Part shown: piece after piece, positions 41,101-52,203 of the stretch
Layout of the letters: every line of letters starts with the position of its first letter
How positions within the stretch are numbered: position 1 is the stretch's first letter
Assembly: GCA_010015585.1 (NCBI GenBank)
Contig: ML975175.1
Length of the DNA: 64,000 bases
Source of the DNA: Eremomyces bilateralis CBS 781.70
Lineage: Eukaryota
Reading direction: 5' to 3' (one strand)
Program-made: the position numbers and the translations under genes
The notes under the pieces: generated by a model
The model's input: the letters and a program-made list of their open reading frames with translations, nothing else
Databases searched by the model: none
Told to the model about the DNA's origin: nothing

Positions 41101-44100
41101 TCACAATGCGATGATCCAGCAACGCCAATGTCAGAGGTTATACTGGTCCTGCGTAGCCTCATCAAGCATTTCGCTTCTTTTCTAACCTTCGTCGACCCGA
41201 TAGACCGGGAAAACTTCTCTTCGAAGCTCCAATATTCATTGAAGCCCTTCCTCGAAGTCATACGCGAAGCAGCGTCCACACCGAATAGCCTCTCAATCTT
41301 CGTGACGGCCCTCCTGCGAGCTATTACATACACGATTATTTTACTACATATTAGTGTCTTTGCCTGTTCGTCCGGAGAACTTGCTCGACAGCCAACACAA
41401 GATCTGAAGCTCCTGAGAGACGAGGTCACGAAAGCATCGTTCTCTCTTATTATTCGGTGTAGCATGCCGCAGATCCGCGCTTTTCTCGAGGATAGCAAGC
41501 GACGGGAATCGAGAGAAGCGGGCATCCGGAACGACCAGGCCGCCATTGAAGCCGTAGTCGTCCTTTATTGGGTCTACCATCGACCACTCTCGGAAAAAGA
41601 TGCGAATCAGGACATGTTCTGGTCTCAATTCAACTTGGCAGTTGACTGCACCCCATCGTCCATTACCAACGTGGCCGAGTTTGATAGGCTCTGGTATAGC
41701 ATGTTCACCCTGCTCCCGTTGGTGCAGTTTGACAGTGGTGGAATACCTCGAACTCCAGGTCAGCATTCCGGAGCGAACAACTGGGGTCTTGTCAAATTGC
41801 TCCTAGGACGATTGATTGAACTTTATCCACCAACCTCTCAAAAGGTCGGAACCACTCTCAATGAATACGTGCGAGCCGTTCTTTCACGATGCCTTGTACT
41901 CCTAACACAGTGGGGTTGGCATCGTTGCGAGTTGATCCTCGGGATGATTTTCGATTTCTTCGCTAAGAGGGGTCTTTCATTCCTTCGAAAGGAGGATGGG
42001 CACTCGTCTCCGAGGTTTCTGGACGACCGTCTTCAGACATACGAACTCAAACCTTCCTTGGACGACAAGTCTTTCCACATTTTTCTCAAAATGTTGTGGT
42101 TCAATACACACTGGCTGACAGCCAATCTGGAGCCGAAGAAAGTCCTGAACATCGTCTACAGGTTCATCCCCAACCACGGCCGAGAATACCCCAAGGAAAA
42201 GGCCATGCTGCAGAGCGATCTGGACGCTTTGAGAAACCATCATGACTTGCTATGCACATTATATCTGTGCTCGCCAACTGGGTATCGGCTGAAATTAGAC
42301 TGGATTTGGCAGCTGGTGGACTTTTCGAGTTCGCATATTCAGGCATGCCAAGTCAATGTACGCACTTGGGCAAGAATTGCTCGTGGACTGCTTGAGCAGC
42401 GTAGCGAGGTCATCTGCTTGAAAGAGTTAGCAACTCGCTTCGAATCGATTGTCTCCGCAATGGTGTCTCAATATCACCTTGCTCGGACTGAGGCAGAATC
42501 GGTCTATGATGATAGCCAGGGTAGCCACGAAGGCATGGTTTCCGAAGCAGTGCTAAGAGCCACTATCATTAGCAACCAAACCACAGTTTGCTCCGTTCTC
42601 ACGAATGCAATGGTTGGACTGAGAGACGCTGCAATATGCGGCAAAGAACCGGCTGATATTGCTCCTCTTCTGGACTCGTCTGTGTTCGACTTGGTATTCC
42701 CCTTGTGTCGGTCCACTACCTATGTCCCTAGGGCAACATTGATGGAGACACTACGTGTTGTATACGCATTCGTGGAACTGATTAACCGGCAGCGCACCGA
42801 ATCTACGCAATCCCAAGGCACAGATGCGACTCAGAACACGATCATGAGCTCTCAAGCCGACCGTTCCGCGATTCCAAGGCAGAATCCTCCAAGTTTGTGC
42901 GAGAATGTCGAGATTGTCGTCCTTCAACGAATCGAAAACTCCCTCGCACGACTTCTCTCGGACAGTTTCGGGGCCGACTTGCCACCAGAGGATGAATTCG
43001 TTGCTTACCTTGTGGAAGTTTGGGTACTCCTTGCCTCGAGCACTGTTTCGCTCGGTATTCATGACTGGTCATACTATATCAATTCATACAACCCCGGTTC
43101 TTTCTCTTTGCTCGCAGACAAGTCTCCAAAACGAAGGTTTGGCCCGCTACTCCTCGCAAAGATCATCTTTCTATATCCCGCCGCATATACGGAACACCGA
43201 GAATTTTTCCTTACGGCATGGTTGGTGTCCTTGGCTGAGCGAGAAGCACTGGTGAAATACCAGAACATTTTCACGACGGCCATTCTGAACGTGGCACTGG
43301 ATGATACACTCGTGGACAACCTTCCTGTTTGCAGGAATCCGCAGCGCGATTCATTCGAAATTTCGCCCGCAGAATTGAAGGAAAGGCGCATGGCCATCAT
43401 ATCGTCCGTCTTTTCCAACATGCGGAAACACTACGATCACAGCAAACGATCAGGCAGTTTCCCAGACGTGCAGAAGGAATACGTCAGCATGTTGCAGCCG
43501 CTTCTGACTGCCATGAAATCCTATTCTTTTGAGCTGCATCCCTATGGCACGACTGGTCCAACTCCTCTGCCCAACAGGGGACGATACGTGGAGTTCATCC
43601 AAACTCTTCTGCTTAACTGGCAGCAGTATGTTGATGTGATCCTGCCATTCGATCAGTTCTTCACAAACAACCCAGCCTTCCCTCAGCCTGATTCCGATCC
43701 TGCTTACGTGGCGGCAAAGATTATGTCACTGGGTCTCGCTGTCACGGATATACGCACAGCAAAGGAGCTCGTGTCTTTCGTCTTAAACCTTATAGACCCA
43801 ACTGCTCCCGAGGAGACTCGATCCTTGCTCGTCATCCAGCTAGTTAAAGCAACGTTAGATGGCCACGGCGAAATCGACAAAACCACCCCAACTCTCCTGA
43901 GTCTGTTCGTCTACTCCATCTTTCCTCCATACATCGAAGTCTCCTTGGGGAGTCCAAGTCCGTCCATCCTTGCGACACCGATGCTAGAAGCAGCGTCTCT
44001 CCTATTCCAAGGCTTGTTGACTCGATTAAATGTCTGCAACTCGGAGAGCAGGAAATCCGGCGTTCAATTGATCACTAGTATCCTCACGACCATCCAAACC

Positions 44101-44589
44101 GCAATGATGGCTCTGATGCGAGATTGCTCGATCCTTCGAGAGGTTTCTGTGCTTCGCAGTCTCGAGCTACATGCCAGGGTTATCATTTCCACCCTAGCAC
44201 CGCTAGATTACCTGCAAAGGCGACAGAATGTCATCACAGCTTCAACCCATGCAATATGGGACCTGGTGTCTGTCTTTCTTGACATTGCTAAGGTCCTTCT
44301 GGGGCAAGAGGAGGTCATCGGCTCGATGATCAATCTGAAGCGAGCGAAGGTGGACAACTACTTCCTTGCTATCAGAAGCTACTGTGGGGATCAGATTGGC
44401 CGTCACCTGAAATCCTGTTGGAGGAATGAAGGCAACAAAGCTTACACGTTGCAGGGTAGAAAATGGGTGAACGTTGAAGTAACCACGGGATCATTTGGCG
44501 AAGAGAAGGATCGACTTATGCTGGCGATAGAGGATCTTTATCATTCATTGATGTCGTATCCGTCACTTAAAAGTTATGATATTTTCTAA
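38149..44589 (+). CDS. MMS22: Mms22/Mus7-family DNA repair protein
   Basis: 2146-aa ORF with IKGVLPASW, TYFHDSTFIGSG, IPNHGR and LRNHHDLLCTLY. Confidence 0.88.
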   Translation: MRRWEITGIVPDSEEEDDSLDESRNPISGLAIDSHGSQLLVGLEKDDHHDPVPHGPTRSPNPPGTPSIHSDRGVRGSGEDHCSQKSTLTTASSALTVLSQTPDTSPFTNLHPGPSTPPRAPLNSNTLHQTSESGPDIRLFTRNLRTRKDRQLFPYTSEYLEFNRRIKNSGIPIAELGPAARRAYDAHRHKENAAIEPQNTETQSSEREYGENGEECRSSPIRASPLPDSGRTEPTTPKVIESDEESVPDLSIVVRRNGNKRLKLATSSTRRRNRSEANSRPGPSPSTPQDIFDIPDSSPSARSASPAEAPRFRMPKGFQNGIPTPTAKKPAGAVPHPTSTRAKSHHRSVAQGADQIDGRREAAQTPLLAISSDDDSDKSASAEQSLPGNESEDHSQLRQVTRRIKGVLPASWVRLDRQAQDSRQKSKQDLHLKSTQRPGPGKGIAVRVNRSPFRSEAQDAQLTLFSDSESSIATSSRNNTPPIRTNPTPTGSKEQPLPAADDTETFDDLENEPHDDSFFYEEPIRDAPSAWNNRMSHQPKITEAFSRPVRSPRGLIRESNNYATNQPKRRNADKHRMPQPRRPSKSVQLSILDVEPTEMMNSTGEIPHFLRLSLREAKKRPDHGRHSPGSKHIRLQNATDTADAQDTLTRWRTRSISHRPLPGRMPSGATPGHLATRAPFQRQSKLPSPIPFGPQSHEGSKRPRLKSGHRQLLLPEYPLSNPPSTEQLNADEPEEASPKQKRRSTTLQNRSHKPIARSKYRNAQLEAVESEYNYSHQSTAFQKGLQRVNTQFLRSKDAEQRNRIGLHLQTRTLGFNSSHRHGPPISTIIVRETNSEPGVTPHPSPNISRPRRRKVTPSRVEVDLREYRQPSEPLPVDSIVEDQYTRSQDDTNSLYGLQPYGARYPVTFDMSLLPSDTYFHDSTFIGSGDLRLALDARSRDFDHRRGTMTIRFASQEFHFGPWNEETSSQLTDIFQRCGTLVQSASQCDDPATPMSEVILVLRSLIKHFASFLTFVDPIDRENFSSKLQYSLKPFLEVIREAASTPNSLSIFVTALLRAITYTIILLHISVFACSSGELARQPTQDLKLLRDEVTKASFSLIIRCSMPQIRAFLEDSKRRESREAGIRNDQAAIEAVVVLYWVYHRPLSEKDANQDMFWSQFNLAVDCTPSSITNVAEFDRLWYSMFTLLPLVQFDSGGIPRTPGQHSGANNWGLVKLLLGRLIELYPPTSQKVGTTLNEYVRAVLSRCLVLLTQWGWHRCELILGMIFDFFAKRGLSFLRKEDGHSSPRFLDDRLQTYELKPSLDDKSFHIFLKMLWFNTHWLTANLEPKKVLNIVYRFIPNHGREYPKEKAMLQSDLDALRNHHDLLCTLYLCSPTGYRLKLDWIWQLVDFSSSHIQACQVNVRTWARIARGLLEQRSEVICLKELATRFESIVSAMVSQYHLARTEAESVYDDSQGSHEGMVSEAVLRATIISNQTTVCSVLTNAMVGLRDAAICGKEPADIAPLLDSSVFDLVFPLCRSTTYVPRATLMETLRVVYAFVELINRQRTESTQSQGTDATQNTIMSSQADRSAIPRQNPPSLCENVEIVVLQRIENSLARLLSDSFGADLPPEDEFVAYLVEVWVLLASSTVSLGIHDWSYYINSYNPGSFSLLADKSPKRRFGPLLLAKIIFLYPAAYTEHREFFLTAWLVSLAEREALVKYQNIFTTAILNVALDDTLVDNLPVCRNPQRDSFEISPAELKERRMAIISSVFSNMRKHYDHSKRSGSFPDVQKEYVSMLQPLLTAMKSYSFELHPYGTTGPTPLPNRGRYVEFIQTLLLNWQQYVDVILPFDQFFTNNPAFPQPDSDPAYVAAKIMSLGLAVTDIRTAKELVSFVLNLIDPTAPEETRSLLVIQLVKATLDGHGEIDKTTPTLLSLFVYSIFPPYIEVSLGSPSPSILATPMLEAASLLFQGLLTRLNVCNSESRKSGVQLITSILTTIQTAMMALMRDCSILREVSVLRSLELHARVIISTLAPLDYLQRRQNVITASTHAIWDLVSVFLDIAKVLLGQEEVIGSMINLKRAKVDNYFLAIRSYCGDQIGRHLKSCWRNEGNKAYTLQGRKWVNVEVTTGSFGEEKDRLMLAIEDLYHSLMSYPSLKSYDIF

Positions 44590-44730
44590 TGTCTTGGACG
44601 GCCTCGAAAGCAACTGAGAATGTTCACAGGGGTTCAAAAGCCATCGCATTGTTCAGTTAAGATACCCATTCTCAATTTGATGATCTCATGCAATCGGGAG
44701 CGTTCCCCAATTATGAATTCAAGGCATATT

Positions 44731-45668
44731 TTACAATCCAAAGAATTCAAGGATTTGCACAGGATGGACAGGAACAGTGTGTCCTACCCCCTGAGCGCTG
44801 TAACCGACCAACTTGGTTCCATCGCCATATATCAGCTTGGTGTACGACCGTTGTGGTGTGTTAGGAACTTGCTCCGTAAGCTGAACCCCGTGAATGTTAC
44901 TCCACTGCTTCAATGTCTCCTCTAAATTCGGATATGTCACCAGTCGATCGCTAGTCCCATGCCACACTTGCACCCGGGGATACGTCCCATTATATCCCGG
45001 GTAAAAGGATCTAACCTGATCACCCCACTGCTGCGGCGTTTTGATGATCTTCCCCGCTGCACAGTCTGGATCAGCGGACAAAGGGCCAGACCCTGGCGAA
45101 CCTGCTAAGCATCCAGCAGGTACGCCGGATATGGGTGCTCCGCCGGCAAAGACATCCGGGTACACGGCGCAGAGGACGTTCGTCATCATTCCCCCTGAAG
45201 ACGAACCAGATGCGAACACCCTCTCCGGATCGGCGTTGTACTTTTGAATAGCGTACTTGACCATGTTGACATAGGCCAAGCTGTCGCTTCCGCCATTGTG
45301 CGTCAAACTGGCCGTCGTGGCAACGTCATGGCATCGTTCTCGATTATTCGCTCCCGGATAGATGACGATAAACCCTCGCTGGTCAGCAGCTTGCGTATAC
45401 TCTTTTGTGCTGCTGTAGTATGCCTGCGCTGTCTGCATACAGCCATGCAGCTCGAAGACGTTAGTTTGAGATGACTAGAGTGGTTGACACTTCTTACTGC
45501 GACAAGTATAGCAGGATTCGGAGCAAGTTTGTCAGGAACCCAAATGTTCATCAATGCATTGCTAGGGTTCTCCCCAAAGTTCGTCACTTGTTGTAAGGAC
45601 GCCGCGTACGCCGTGGCAGCGAAGAGAAGTGAGAGCACGAAGCTCCAGGATTGATGAAACGACGCCAT
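44731..45668 (-). CDS. axeA: Secreted acetylxylan esterase (CE1, PHB-depolymerase-like)
   Basis: Signal peptide, LQQVTNFGENP, catalytic GSSSG, WHGTSD and GVGHTVP; one intron. Confidence 0.9.
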
Positions 45669-45979
45669 AAGTACGGAGTTCTTGCCACTAACGACTGAGA
45701 GAATGCTGGTAAATTCGAGCTTGAACGCTGGATTGTGACAACGTAGCAATGGAACAGGCAACAGAGGACTTAAATACTGAAGTAGGCAAAGTAGAACTGA
45801 AGCAATATCAAACTTATCGGCATGTAAATACGGGATGCGTCACATTCGAGTGCTCCATCTAGATAGACTGCATCTCGCCGGGTTCAAGCATCGTGGAAAT
45901 TGGGTGAGACTCATTACAAAACACCCAAGATCCTAATACTTCCGATTAATGGGCAGCAGAAATAAAGGACCGTCTAGAA

Positions 45980-46101
45980 TTAGCCCAAGAGTTCAGGAAG
46001 TCCTTTGAAGAGTCTGGCGGGGAAGCCACAAATTTCATGCCATGAAGTTTCGATATTAAATATATTGCTCGCCCTATCTCCACAAAACAGAGGGTTTAGC
46101 C
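45980..46101 (-). promoter_or_regulatory. Candidate XlnR sites (GGCTAA) upstream of axeA
   Basis: TTAGCC at 45980-45985 and 46096-46101, with a CreA-like GCGGGG at ~46017. Confidence 0.45.
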
Positions 46102-46346
46102 TCCCGGGAACCGAGTATATCCAGGTTTGGAATTAGGGCACGCAGCTCGGCAGTTAGTAAATGCCATTTGAAATATCAGTAAATCGGATTCTGGCTTTGA
46201 CCTTAATCAAGGGAGACTCCACATGCTTTACTGAAGAACTAGTTGGTCCAGGCAGCATCGTAGCTCACCCCCAGCAGGCTTGGTGGCTTTAGGAGTTGGT
46301 GACAAGCATTCACCAAAGAAATAAATGCCTTGTCGATTCTCAATAC

Positions 46347-46816
46347 TAGGGCTGGACGCGAATATTCGTAGTCGAATACGAATAAAATTTAGAATTTCCG
46401 CTTACTAATATTCGTACGAATAATATTCGCATTATTCGTAATTATTCGTAATTATTCGTCTATCTCTGAAGCTATTTCCATGTATCTCGCATCGGAGAGA
46501 TGGTCGACAGAGAGCTTTGCGCTGGGGTCACTTGGCTTGCTGAATCGTCAGGAGTGATCAATTCGACGCTATTGATATGCTTTGTATCTCTTAGAGCTCA
46601 AATCCTCCAGATCGTGTTCGGGTAAACAAAAGTCGCGACTGCTGGGCATTCATTCATTGGCTCGACTTTTGTCGAATAAGTCTTGGCATTATTTACGAAT
46701 ATTCGCGAATAATACGAATAAAACGTCTCAAAACTTAGTCGAATACGAATAGAATAATCGTTCAAGAGGAAAAGTCGAATACGAATAGCCAAAATCCTTA
46801 TTCGTGTCCAGCCCTA
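46347..46816. mobile_element. Non-autonomous hAT element (MITE), 470 bp
   Basis: TIRs TAGGGCTGGACGCGAATA / TATTCGTGTCCAGCCCTA, a perfect 8-bp TSD CTCAATAC at 46339-46346 and 46817-46824, and many subterminal CGAATA/TATTCG repeats. Confidence 0.95.
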
Positions 46817-47533
46817 CTCAATACCGAGGAACAAGAAAGCGGGATATCCGTATCTATAGTTAGCCTAGCTCGATAATTTTTGGTTCTTTTTTGCGCTTCT
46901 AGCCAGTCCCCCTATCATGCCGCAGCAACAAATCAAATCACTGGCGCATCACTGTTGACAGAGATATGAAACGTTCCGTTGGCAAGGAAGTTAGATTTTT
47001 GTTCTTACTGAAAACGACGCTTTTGAACCCTAATAGCAAACCGCTTGATCAACCTAATATTTGCAGAAGACAGACTTCCCCCTTGTGAATCATCTAAACG
47101 CTGCTAAGAGGCTCGTCGTCGATCCGGGTCATTGCAATGAAGGGAGGGGGCATCGTGCTGGCAGTCTTCACCAATTTCTTCGGTAGAAATAAAGTAATCC
47201 CGTCATCGAACTCCTCAGCCATTTATCTAGTGTTATATACCAGCACCCTGGGAACGAGGATTATAGAGCTACTATGAGGCAGTCAGAGCCGGCCTCCTCA
47301 TTCTCTAGTTGCGGAAGAGAAGCGTCTTGGTTCAGCAATCGAAGGATAATGTCTCTATATACCTAATTTAGCAGAGAAGGAAATTATCAGGGGTTTTAAA
47401 GTACCGTCTGGGGTGTGTTTCCATTCCATATAATATTATATCCCACTTCAGTAAGCTTTTTATACCCGTCAAGCAGTTGATCATCCAATATGCCTCGACT
47501 GTGCTCTTCATACTAAAGTCCCTGCTATTTGCG

Positions 47534-47785
47534 TTAGCTATCAACCTCAGTATCTAAGCTTTTGTGTCCTTGGTGTCCTTGGTGCCCTTGGGGTTCCTGG
47601 GTGCCTCTGGCTTTTAGGTCTTCGACTTCGGTACTGGTTGCCCCTGCTGCATGGTTTGCAACGTTTAGGCTCTCCCGTAGTGTCCAGTGTATAATACCAG
47701 ACCTTTTGTGCTTGTCGCAATATACCGCGTGCTTGTCACAGAAGCCGGTTGTCTTGCACACCCGGAAGCTATGTATGGTAGGCAT
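47534..47785 (-). CDS. Small Cys/His-rich hypothetical protein
   Basis: ATG-initiated 83-aa ORF with CKTTGFCDKHAVYCDKH and a QGH repeat; family not recognised. Confidence 0.3.
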   Translation of the reverse strand: MPTIHSFRVCKTTGFCDKHAVYCDKHKRSGIIHWTLRESLNVANHAAGATSTEVEDLKARGTQEPQGHQGHQGHKSLDTEVDS

Positions 47786-48361
47786 GGGGGTGGTGATATA
47801 GGGAATGCGGAGAATCGATATTGAAATAGCCAGTGGCTGAGAGATGGTTGAGAGATGGTTGAGAGGTAGAGGGATATGAAGTTTAGAGGAGAGCTGACCT
47901 GAAAGATCTTCCGGAGTGTAGAAATTTAAAGGAAGGAAGGGAGGCAGTGTGGGCTATGATGAAGAGTAGAAAGACTAATAGTAGAAGAGTGAATGGCAAG
48001 AAGTGGTGAATGTATGAAGAGCTAATGAGTAACCAATGAATGAACGAGTGAAGGGGTAACGAGGGAGTTGATAATGGAGGAATTGGTCCCGATGGAATTG
48101 GGAAGGTGATGACAGCGACCACAGCACCACGACTCCAACATAATTAATGGACATACCTGTACTTGGCTTCCTCAACGACACGATTTTAACCTTGGATTGA
48201 AACCACTTTTTTCGATCTTCGATATCAAATCACCCTCCGACGTCCTGAAGTCGGCCCCCAGTGTGCCAGAAACCATGGATCCTTTTACATTGGACCTGAC
48301 CTTATTAGAACACAACACTGTGCTTGCCTTCTGCCTTTAACCACGCACCTCTTTCTGATTC

Positions 48362-49007
48362 TGTTGAGATCTTATCAATTACTGGTAATCGGAAGAGTCA
48401 CCTAAGACACACGATGATCATTTGGACCTGACGTTTCGAGTGCACCGCTGGGGGTGGCTTTCAGGCAATGGTTGAAGTATCCAAAATCTGGAAATCACCA
48501 GCACCGACGAAGGCACAGCTTTACTATCTTATACGTTCCTTTCAATCAGATAGTTTGCTGCCATCTTGATCGTCGGTTTACGTAGACTGCACTGTGGCTG
48601 CTTTCGTCAAAGCAACTGGGCCATGACCGTACAGCGATACAATGAGAAAGCACCGATAGATGCCAAAAATATAGATAGATTGAAGTTGATCCTTAATGAG
48701 CGTACACACTACAGGAATACGCTCATCTTATATGTTCTGTATACAATTGATGGTCGTGGGGACCTTGGTTTCCTCAAAACGAGCGAAGAAGCAAAGAAAG
48801 AAGCGTTGGTGATATCGTGGGGTGTGGGATGCTCCTCCACGTGGGAACCAAGGGGGAACCATGGGGGAACCATGGGGGCTAGACCACCTAAATACGACTA
48901 AGAAATGGGGGCTTGGTAGAGAGACCGGCGGATCCCGAAAAATAGAGATGTCCTGAAAGCCTAATCTCTGACAGATGCACCAATGAAAACACAGATATTC
49001 TGTGACA
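48362..49007 (-). mobile_element. Nested LTR-like relics, including a second copy of the 824-1207 family
   Basis: 48686-48973 is an inverted near-copy of 824-1110. TGTTGAGATC at 48362 has flanks GATTC/GATGC (4/5 match). A second terminus ..TCTGTGACA at 49007 matches 3584. Confidence 0.7.
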
Positions 49008-49108
49008 GGAACACCTACATAGTACTACACCGGAGGTGTGGGGCGGTCATGGGGCACGGTTAAGGCGTTTAGGACTAAATATTCCTAAGGCCCTTCCAAC
49101 CTTGCTGC

Positions 49109-51550
49109 TTACATGGCCCAGCCAAACCGCTGTCTATTTCGCTTTCCTATATTCCTAAGGCGCAATCCGTGGGCATACATCTTAAGAGAAAAGTTAGTAA
49201 TGAGTTCGAACATTATTTCATGATAAAGGACTTACGATCGGTAAGAAGGGGAGGCCTAGTCCGATTGATAGAAATGCTAGCATACCAACGCCCCAACCAA
49301 TGCCAAGAGTATCAAACAGTTGATCACCGAATAACGGGAAGACTAAATATTGAGGTTAGCCCTCTGGAATTATCGAGTGATATATAGGGGAGGATCTGGT
49401 TAATCATACGTACCACCCGCGAATAAGCATCGAAGCACGGAAACTATGGGAGGGTTGTCCGTGTTAGAGCGGCCTAAAAGACTAGGGTGTTGTTATTGAT
49501 TCTAACTTACGTCCAGCTAAAGCAGAGGCCGGGAAGTCAAAGCTGTCGATGATGTACAGCTGAATCGCCAGCTATATAAATACAAGGTTACTGACCCGCC
49601 TAGAAGTCGCATTAAGAGCCAGTGTGAACTTACATATGTGTTCGTGACTCCAATGCTGAATATAGCCATGCCTAACAGGGGCTAATGAAGATTAGAAATA
49701 AGGATGGTAAGCATGGGTTGGATTAATAAACGGACCACGATGAAATGCGTCTTCAGAGCACTAAATCCATATATGAAAAGTCCGACCGCCACCAGCAAGG
49801 CTCCCGGGAAGGCACTCAATAATCTGGCAGCCAGCTTTATGTGAGTCGCTGTTACATGAGAGTGGCATCACCGGGGATCTAATACCTGGACTCGGGCTTG
49901 TAGTCTCCTTGGACTTGCCTCTTGTAAATGATATCCAGCACTTTGGCGGTCACTAGCATACCGATTAGGGCACCAACACCTACGGAAAGAAGGTCGACGC
50001 CGATGATGCCCTCGGAGTGGCCGTAACCGTCGCCCAGGACAATGTGGAACTGCGAATTTTTGAGCACATAGTTGGTGTCAGAGGGGTCAATAACAAATAG
50101 GGAGATGTACCGTGACAATGACGAGGTATAGTACTCCAAACACGAAGGCGTAATAGAGAGACAATAGCATGAGAGCCGGATCGAGAATGAGATACATAAC
50201 TGGTAGGTCAGCAGCAGAAGCGAATGAAGGGGGCTAAGAACATGAGCAACTGACCTGGCCTAATAGCAGATCCTATCAATGAGGTGGCCGGATGCCTGTC
50301 CGGTTCTTCAGAGTTCAACGTGAGCACTGTGTAGAGCTGGTCGTCCGGCCGTTGATTTTGTTCCTTAGCCAATCTGCGACTGAGTAGGATAGGGACGTGA
50401 GACTCCTTGAGAGTAAACTGCGCACCAACTTCCAGCACTATAGAAACGATTGCCTAGTCCAATGGATCAGGTCGATTAGTCGAGGATCGCGAACGCATTG
50501 CAAGACTAGTAGCTTACCGGAACCCAGCACGTCCACCTCCAAGAAGCTCGCTCGGACATCCACCCACCGCAGACAGGCCCTAGTATGGGCCCCAGCATAC
50601 TATGATAGGTCAGCGGAATAGGTCAGTCAACGTGAGGAACACTGGCTTAGAACCTACACTGCCGTGCCAATGGCTGCGGAAGCCTTTGCCCTGGTTCTCA
50701 GGTCCCAAATATCCGTGAGGACCCCACCAAGGACCGCAAGCGACGCCGACCCACCCGCTCCCGAGAAAAATCTACAGACAGCGAGCTGGGCAGTCTGATT
50801 CCCACAAATCAGCAATATGTTTCAAATCCCCGATATGGGGTAATGGCATAGCTGGACTCAGAAACGGGTGCTATACCGTCTGCGAAAAACCTGCTCCGAT
50901 GCAAAAGGCGCAGAACACGACATTTCCTGTCCGAAGGACAATGGTTCGACCGAAGAATTCGCTCAGCGGGGCGAGGAAGATGGGCGCGACAGCGAAGGCA
51001 AGAAGGAAGACGGCGACTTGGAGAGCTCCCCGGATGGGGTTGGTTTCGCCAACATCGGCCATCATGGCTGGGAGGGATGGGGCAAAGATAGTGCCTTGTT
51101 GGAGGATGAAGTTAGCTAGAGGACCACACGTAGAATGGAATGGATTGGAAATTGGGGATGTACTGGGGGATTACTGGTGAATGGGGCCAAGAAGCAGTAC
51201 AGCCCGACCATAACCGTGACAATCCATTTCTTCTCCGCCGTCCAACTCTGCCTTCCGGTTAGCTACCCGTGTCCCTTTTCAAGACACGGATTATGTTTCT
51301 GAACGTACTCGGGGGCTTTCTCCAGCTTCCGTGGAGAGAACGACAAGAGCTACGAGACGCACGAGTTTCAGCAAGACAGGATGCCCTTTGGCAAGATATG
51401 ATCAGGGTATCTACCTGCATCAAGGTCCTTCAAATCCTCCCCCCCATACGTGATTCGATCCGGATTAGACTCTCGCTCCTTCAGGATCTCCTGGTAGCGA
51501 ACTGCCACTCGAGATCGAGGTGGGCAAGTGCTGGGTTTGCTATCCGACAT
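49109..51550 (-). CDS. MFS drug:H+ antiporter (DHA1-like), 15 exons
   Basis: Manual splicing across 14 GT-AG introns gives an open frame with WTAEKKW, PLSEFFGR, GGVLTDIW, GPILGPVCGG, WRW, PESRL and LGIGWG. Confidence 0.85.
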
Positions 51551-51702
51551 GTGAGAGAATGAGGGTTGGTTGAATATGATTGAAATGAAGAAGGATATTA
51601 CTCTTGTTTTTTCTCAGACTCCGGTCTATAGGGACTATTTATATACTGTCTCTACAGCATCTCTACATATTTCCCTGCTGACGGCACCAGCAAGATTCGG
51701 TA

Positions 51703-52168
51703 TCGGCCGACCGGAGCCGATCTGATAAAGTAGAATGCCGGAGAGCCCCTTGAGAGCCCTTGGTTTGGCTGCATTATCTCTCAGACCTGAGCGTTGGCGA
51801 GGTACAGGACGATCTAATACGGCATCCTTGATATATGAGACCCATTGTGGACCTGATAATCCTTGATCACAGAGGGTCGGACCGATGAATGGATCGGATT
51901 TAGGCCCCGCTTTTCTCGGCCGATGACTTCGTCTAGGACATCAAAGCCGGTCACACTTGGCTGTTTGGCTCTCGAATCACGGTGAATAAGTTCGATCTCC
52001 TAGAGCTCTGTCTCATACTTAGTTAGTAAGATCCCATCGAATGTGCCCCGACTCACATTAAATGCCAGCCTCGAACAGCCTCGCTGATATCGGGCCGCCC
52101 CAGTTAATCGGCTGGATTACGAGGTCGGATATAATGACATAAAACCACATTCCTATCGGCCGATGAAT
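51703..52168. promoter_or_regulatory. Repeated palindromic TCGGCCGA motif in the MFS/TF divergent promoter
   Basis: TCGGCCGA at 51703, 51916 and 52156, and variant TCGGACCGA at 51877; three copies are followed by TGA. Confidence 0.55.
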
Positions 52169-52203
52169 TCCCACGCCATCCTCTCCCTCTAGATTTACAG
52201 ACC

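Noticed and set aside
46347..46816. Short CGAATA repeats as a CRISPR-like array
   Set aside because: Irregular spacing, eukaryotic context, and fully explained as hAT subterminal repeats.
49109..51550. MFS gene as a pseudogene because of fragmented ORFs
   Set aside because: Every interruption resolves as a GT-AG intron that keeps the frame.
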